A stretch of DNA of 64,000 nucleotides from an uncultured Arcobacter sp. (GTDB lineage: Bacteria > Campylobacterota > Campylobacteria > Campylobacterales > Arcobacteraceae), in the NCBI GenBank assembly GCA_965140705.1, contig OZ223300.1:1632001-1696000 (forward strand). The letters run 5' to 3'. Under the pieces are notes generated by a model. It was not told where the DNA came from and ran no database searches. It worked only from the letters and a program-made list of their open reading frames with translations. How positions within the stretch are numbered: position 1 is the stretch's first letter; each line of letters begins with the position of its first letter. Below, piece by piece: positions 61,493 through 64,000 of the stretch. The translations under genes and the position numbers were made by a program.

Positions 61493-62398
61493 TTTTAAAG
61501 CATGTTCTATTGCTACACCTTCTCGTAATCCATCATCAAAAACTATTGATTTATCTTTATTCAAAATTGTATAAAACAGTTTAAAAATAAATACTCCCGA
61601 CTCAATAAAGTCAGTTCTTCCCCCACCAACTAATTCATATATTTCTTCTTTTGATAAGGTTCTAAATTTATGTAAAAAATCTTCAATCTCTTTAAAAGTT
61701 AATTGAGTTCCATTTATAAGGTTTCTATCATAATTATTAAAGTTTAGCCCCAATTTAACTGCAGCTATAGTTGTAGGGGTTCCAGCAGTTGCTACAAAAT
61801 TAAAATCATCTATGTTAATATTTAAACTTTCAATAAAATGAGAAATTTCTTCTTTTCTTCCATCTAATTCTTTTAATAACTCATTTTGATTATTTTTATA
61901 CTTTTGAGATAAAGTTACAATTCCTATATCAAAACTTTTTGCAAAATATTCATTTCCATTATTAATAATAAGTTCTGTAGAACCCCCACCAATATCAATT
62001 AAAGCAAAATGTTCAGACTCTTTTTTTTCTCTTTTTAAAGCATACTTAACTGCTAAAAGAGTTAATCTTGCCTCTTCTTCTCCATTTATTATTTTAAAAT
62101 CAAGACCACATTCATCTTTAAATCTTTTTAATACTTCTTTGGAATTATCTGCCATTCTCATAGCAGCAGTTGTCACACAAATAGCATCTTTTGGATTAAA
62201 TTTTAACTTTTCAATTGACCTTTTAACAGCTCTTATTACCCTATTTTGAGCTTCAACTGAAATTTTCTTACTATCAACTAGTCCATCAGCCATACCCACA
62301 ACTTCTTGATATTCATCTATGATTTTATGATTTAAACCATCATAAAGTAAGGTTCTAAAAGAATTAGAACCTAAATCTATGGATACAATATTTCTCAT
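61481..62398 (-). CDS. ppx: Ppx/GppA family phosphatase
   Basis: IDLGSNSFR, TAAMR, GEEEA, DIGGGSTE, GLREG. Confidence 0.92.
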   Translation of the reverse strand: MRNIVSIDLGSNSFRTLLYDGLNHKIIDEYQEVVGMADGLVDSKKISVEAQNRVIRAVKRSIEKLKFNPKDAICVTTAAMRMADNSKEVLKRFKDECGLDFKIINGEEEARLTLLAVKYALKREKKESEHFALIDIGGGSTELIINNGNEYFAKSFDIGIVTLSQKYKNNQNELLKELDGRKEEISHFIESLNINIDDFNFVATAGTPTTIAAVKLGLNFNNYDRNLINGTQLTFKEIEDFLHKFRTLSKEEIYELVGGGRTDFIESGVFIFKLFYTILNKDKSIVFDDGLREGVAIEHALKLSK

Positions 62399-62955
62399 TA
62401 AGGATGTGGGATTTTAATTTTTGAATTAAGTAAATAACCTATAATAATCATAGATATTAAAACTATAGTTTCAGGTAGAATTCCTGTTAACCAAATAAGA
62501 TACACAACAAAAAGTAAAATAGCACCAAGAGGTGTAGGAATACCTGTAAAGTATTTTTCCACTTGCCCTTCTTGAGCATCTATATTAAACTTTATCAATC
62601 TTCTAAGCCCTGAAATAATGTAATATATGAAAGTAAATAATACAAGTACTGTATTTAATTCTAACTCTTTACCATCAATTATTGCAAAATAAATAAACAT
62701 ACTAGGAACAATAACAAAAGATAAAAAATCAGCATAAGAGTCAAGTTGTATTCCAAACTCTGTTGATAAGTTATATTTTCTTGCAATTTTTCCATCAACA
62801 ATATCAAACGCTCCTGCAATCCATGCAAAAAGCGCCGCACCAAAAAACTGTCCATGTGTAATAAAATATATTGCTAATATACCAGCACTTATATTAAAAA
62901 ATGTAGCTAAATTAGCTAGATTAAAATGATTATATTTATTAAATAAAAAACCCAA
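62398..62955 (-). CDS. CDP-alcohol phosphatidyltransferase (PssA-like)
   Basis: DIVDGKIAR...FGIQLDSYAD signature, FTGIPTP. Confidence 0.88.
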   Translation of the reverse strand: MGFLFNKYNHFNLANLATFFNISAGILAIYFITHGQFFGAALFAWIAGAFDIVDGKIARKYNLSTEFGIQLDSYADFLSFVIVPSMFIYFAIIDGKELELNTVLVLFTFIYYIISGLRRLIKFNIDAQEGQVEKYFTGIPTPLGAILLFVVYLIWLTGILPETIVLISMIIIGYLLNSKIKIPHP

Positions 62956-62964
62956 AATTTTCCT

Positions 62965-63999
62965 TTATATTGTATATTGGTTTCTACCATTTTGTTTAGA
63001 TTTATATAACTTTTCATCGGCAAGTTTATATAACCTATTTGTAGAAACATTTGAACCTGGTTCATAAATAACAGCTCCAATAGATACTGTTACATATTTA
63101 TTTGCTTTACTCTCTTTGTGTTCAATTTTTAAAAACTCAACTAGTTTTAAAATTGCTGCTAAACAATTTTCTAAAATCTCTTTATCCACATCAAATAATA
63201 TAGCACCAAACTCTTCTCCACCTAACCTAAAAACATACTCATACTCTTTGTTAAAGTATTTTTTCAATTCATTTGCAACAGCTTTTAGAGTTTTATCTCC
63301 CATATCATGACCATAAGTATCATTATATTGTTTGAAAAAATCAATATCAAACATTACAAAAGCAGTTTGCCATTTGTTTGAATTTGATACAACTGGAATA
63401 CTATCAAATATTGTATCAAAATACCCTCTATTATATAATAATGTCATTGAATCTGTTATAGATTCTATTTTATATTTTTTGTTTAATATTGTTAGATGGT
63501 TATCTTTCTTAATAATACTATATGTTAAATAAATAAAAATAGCAAAAGAGAAAATAATTAAAGCAATGATATTATAAAAAAGTAGTTTTTTCATATTTTC
63601 ATATCTATTTAAAAACTCTTTTCTTTGTTTTCTAGCATTATTTATCTCGTATTCAATTAAAAAATTTATTTTTTGAATCATAATTGTATATTTCATACTA
63701 TTTTTATCCATAAATGAAACTTTTATATCTTCATCTATAGAATCAACAACTTTTCTCTCTTGTATAGTTTTATAAGCTTTAAAATAAGCATTCCAATTTG
63801 ATTGAATTATTCTTTGACTTTTTTTAATTGAACAAAGTTTTTCTCTATTTTGAAGACATATAATCATATCTTTATAACTTGAAGATATGTTTTGAAGATT
63901 TGTAACAGGAATAAAGTTACCAAAATATATTTTATCTATTTGTTTTTTTAGGTTTTCAATTTGTGAATTGAATATAAAACTAGCCATTACAAGCATCAT
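62965..63999 (-). CDS. membrane-bound diguanylate cyclase (probably 5'-truncated by the window end)
   Basis: Helical sensor segment, TM, DIDFFKQYNDTYGHDMGD, RLGGEEF. Confidence 0.9.
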   Translation of the reverse strand: MMLVMASFIFNSQIENLKKQIDKIYFGNFIPVTNLQNISSSYKDMIICLQNREKLCSIKKSQRIIQSNWNAYFKAYKTIQERKVVDSIDEDIKVSFMDKNSMKYTIMIQKINFLIEYEINNARKQRKEFLNRYENMKKLLFYNIIALIIFSFAIFIYLTYSIIKKDNHLTILNKKYKIESITDSMTLLYNRGYFDTIFDSIPVVSNSNKWQTAFVMFDIDFFKQYNDTYGHDMGDKTLKAVANELKKYFNKEYEYVFRLGGEEFGAILFDVDKEILENCLAAILKLVEFLKIEHKESKANKYVTVSIGAVIYEPGSNVSTNRLYKLADEKLYKSKQNGRNQYTI

Positions 64000-64000
64000 T

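Overview
AT-rich core-chromosome window from a Campylobacterota (Epsilonproteobacteria) genome, most likely Arcobacteraceae. The taxon is inferred from gene content and synteny (hobA, xerH, mqnC, GluRS2, 6S RNA upstream of purD). It holds about 60 mostly housekeeping CDSs (hemB, ribA, glyS, ribBA, pckA-oadBAG, metG, fbp, bamA, lysC, cheYARDB, pnp, lptD, purD, der, ftsK, lpxD, ilvHI), two tRNAs, a probable 6S RNA and a difH-type chromosome dimer resolution site in the xerH promoter. No CRISPR array, IS element or prophage was seen. Main observations: (1) an intact GluRS2 paralogue lacking both ATP-binding signature motifs, two genes from an intact Slt homologue lacking its catalytic Glu; (2) an unrecognised ~90-aa domain present both fused to a second HemD and as a stand-alone ORF; (3) an orphan CI/LexA-type repressor divergent from an unannotated 31-aa ORF; (4) an apparent ATA start for ftsK; (5) further small ORFs and palindromes missed by the ORF track. 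All calls are from reading motifs by eye; no searches were run.
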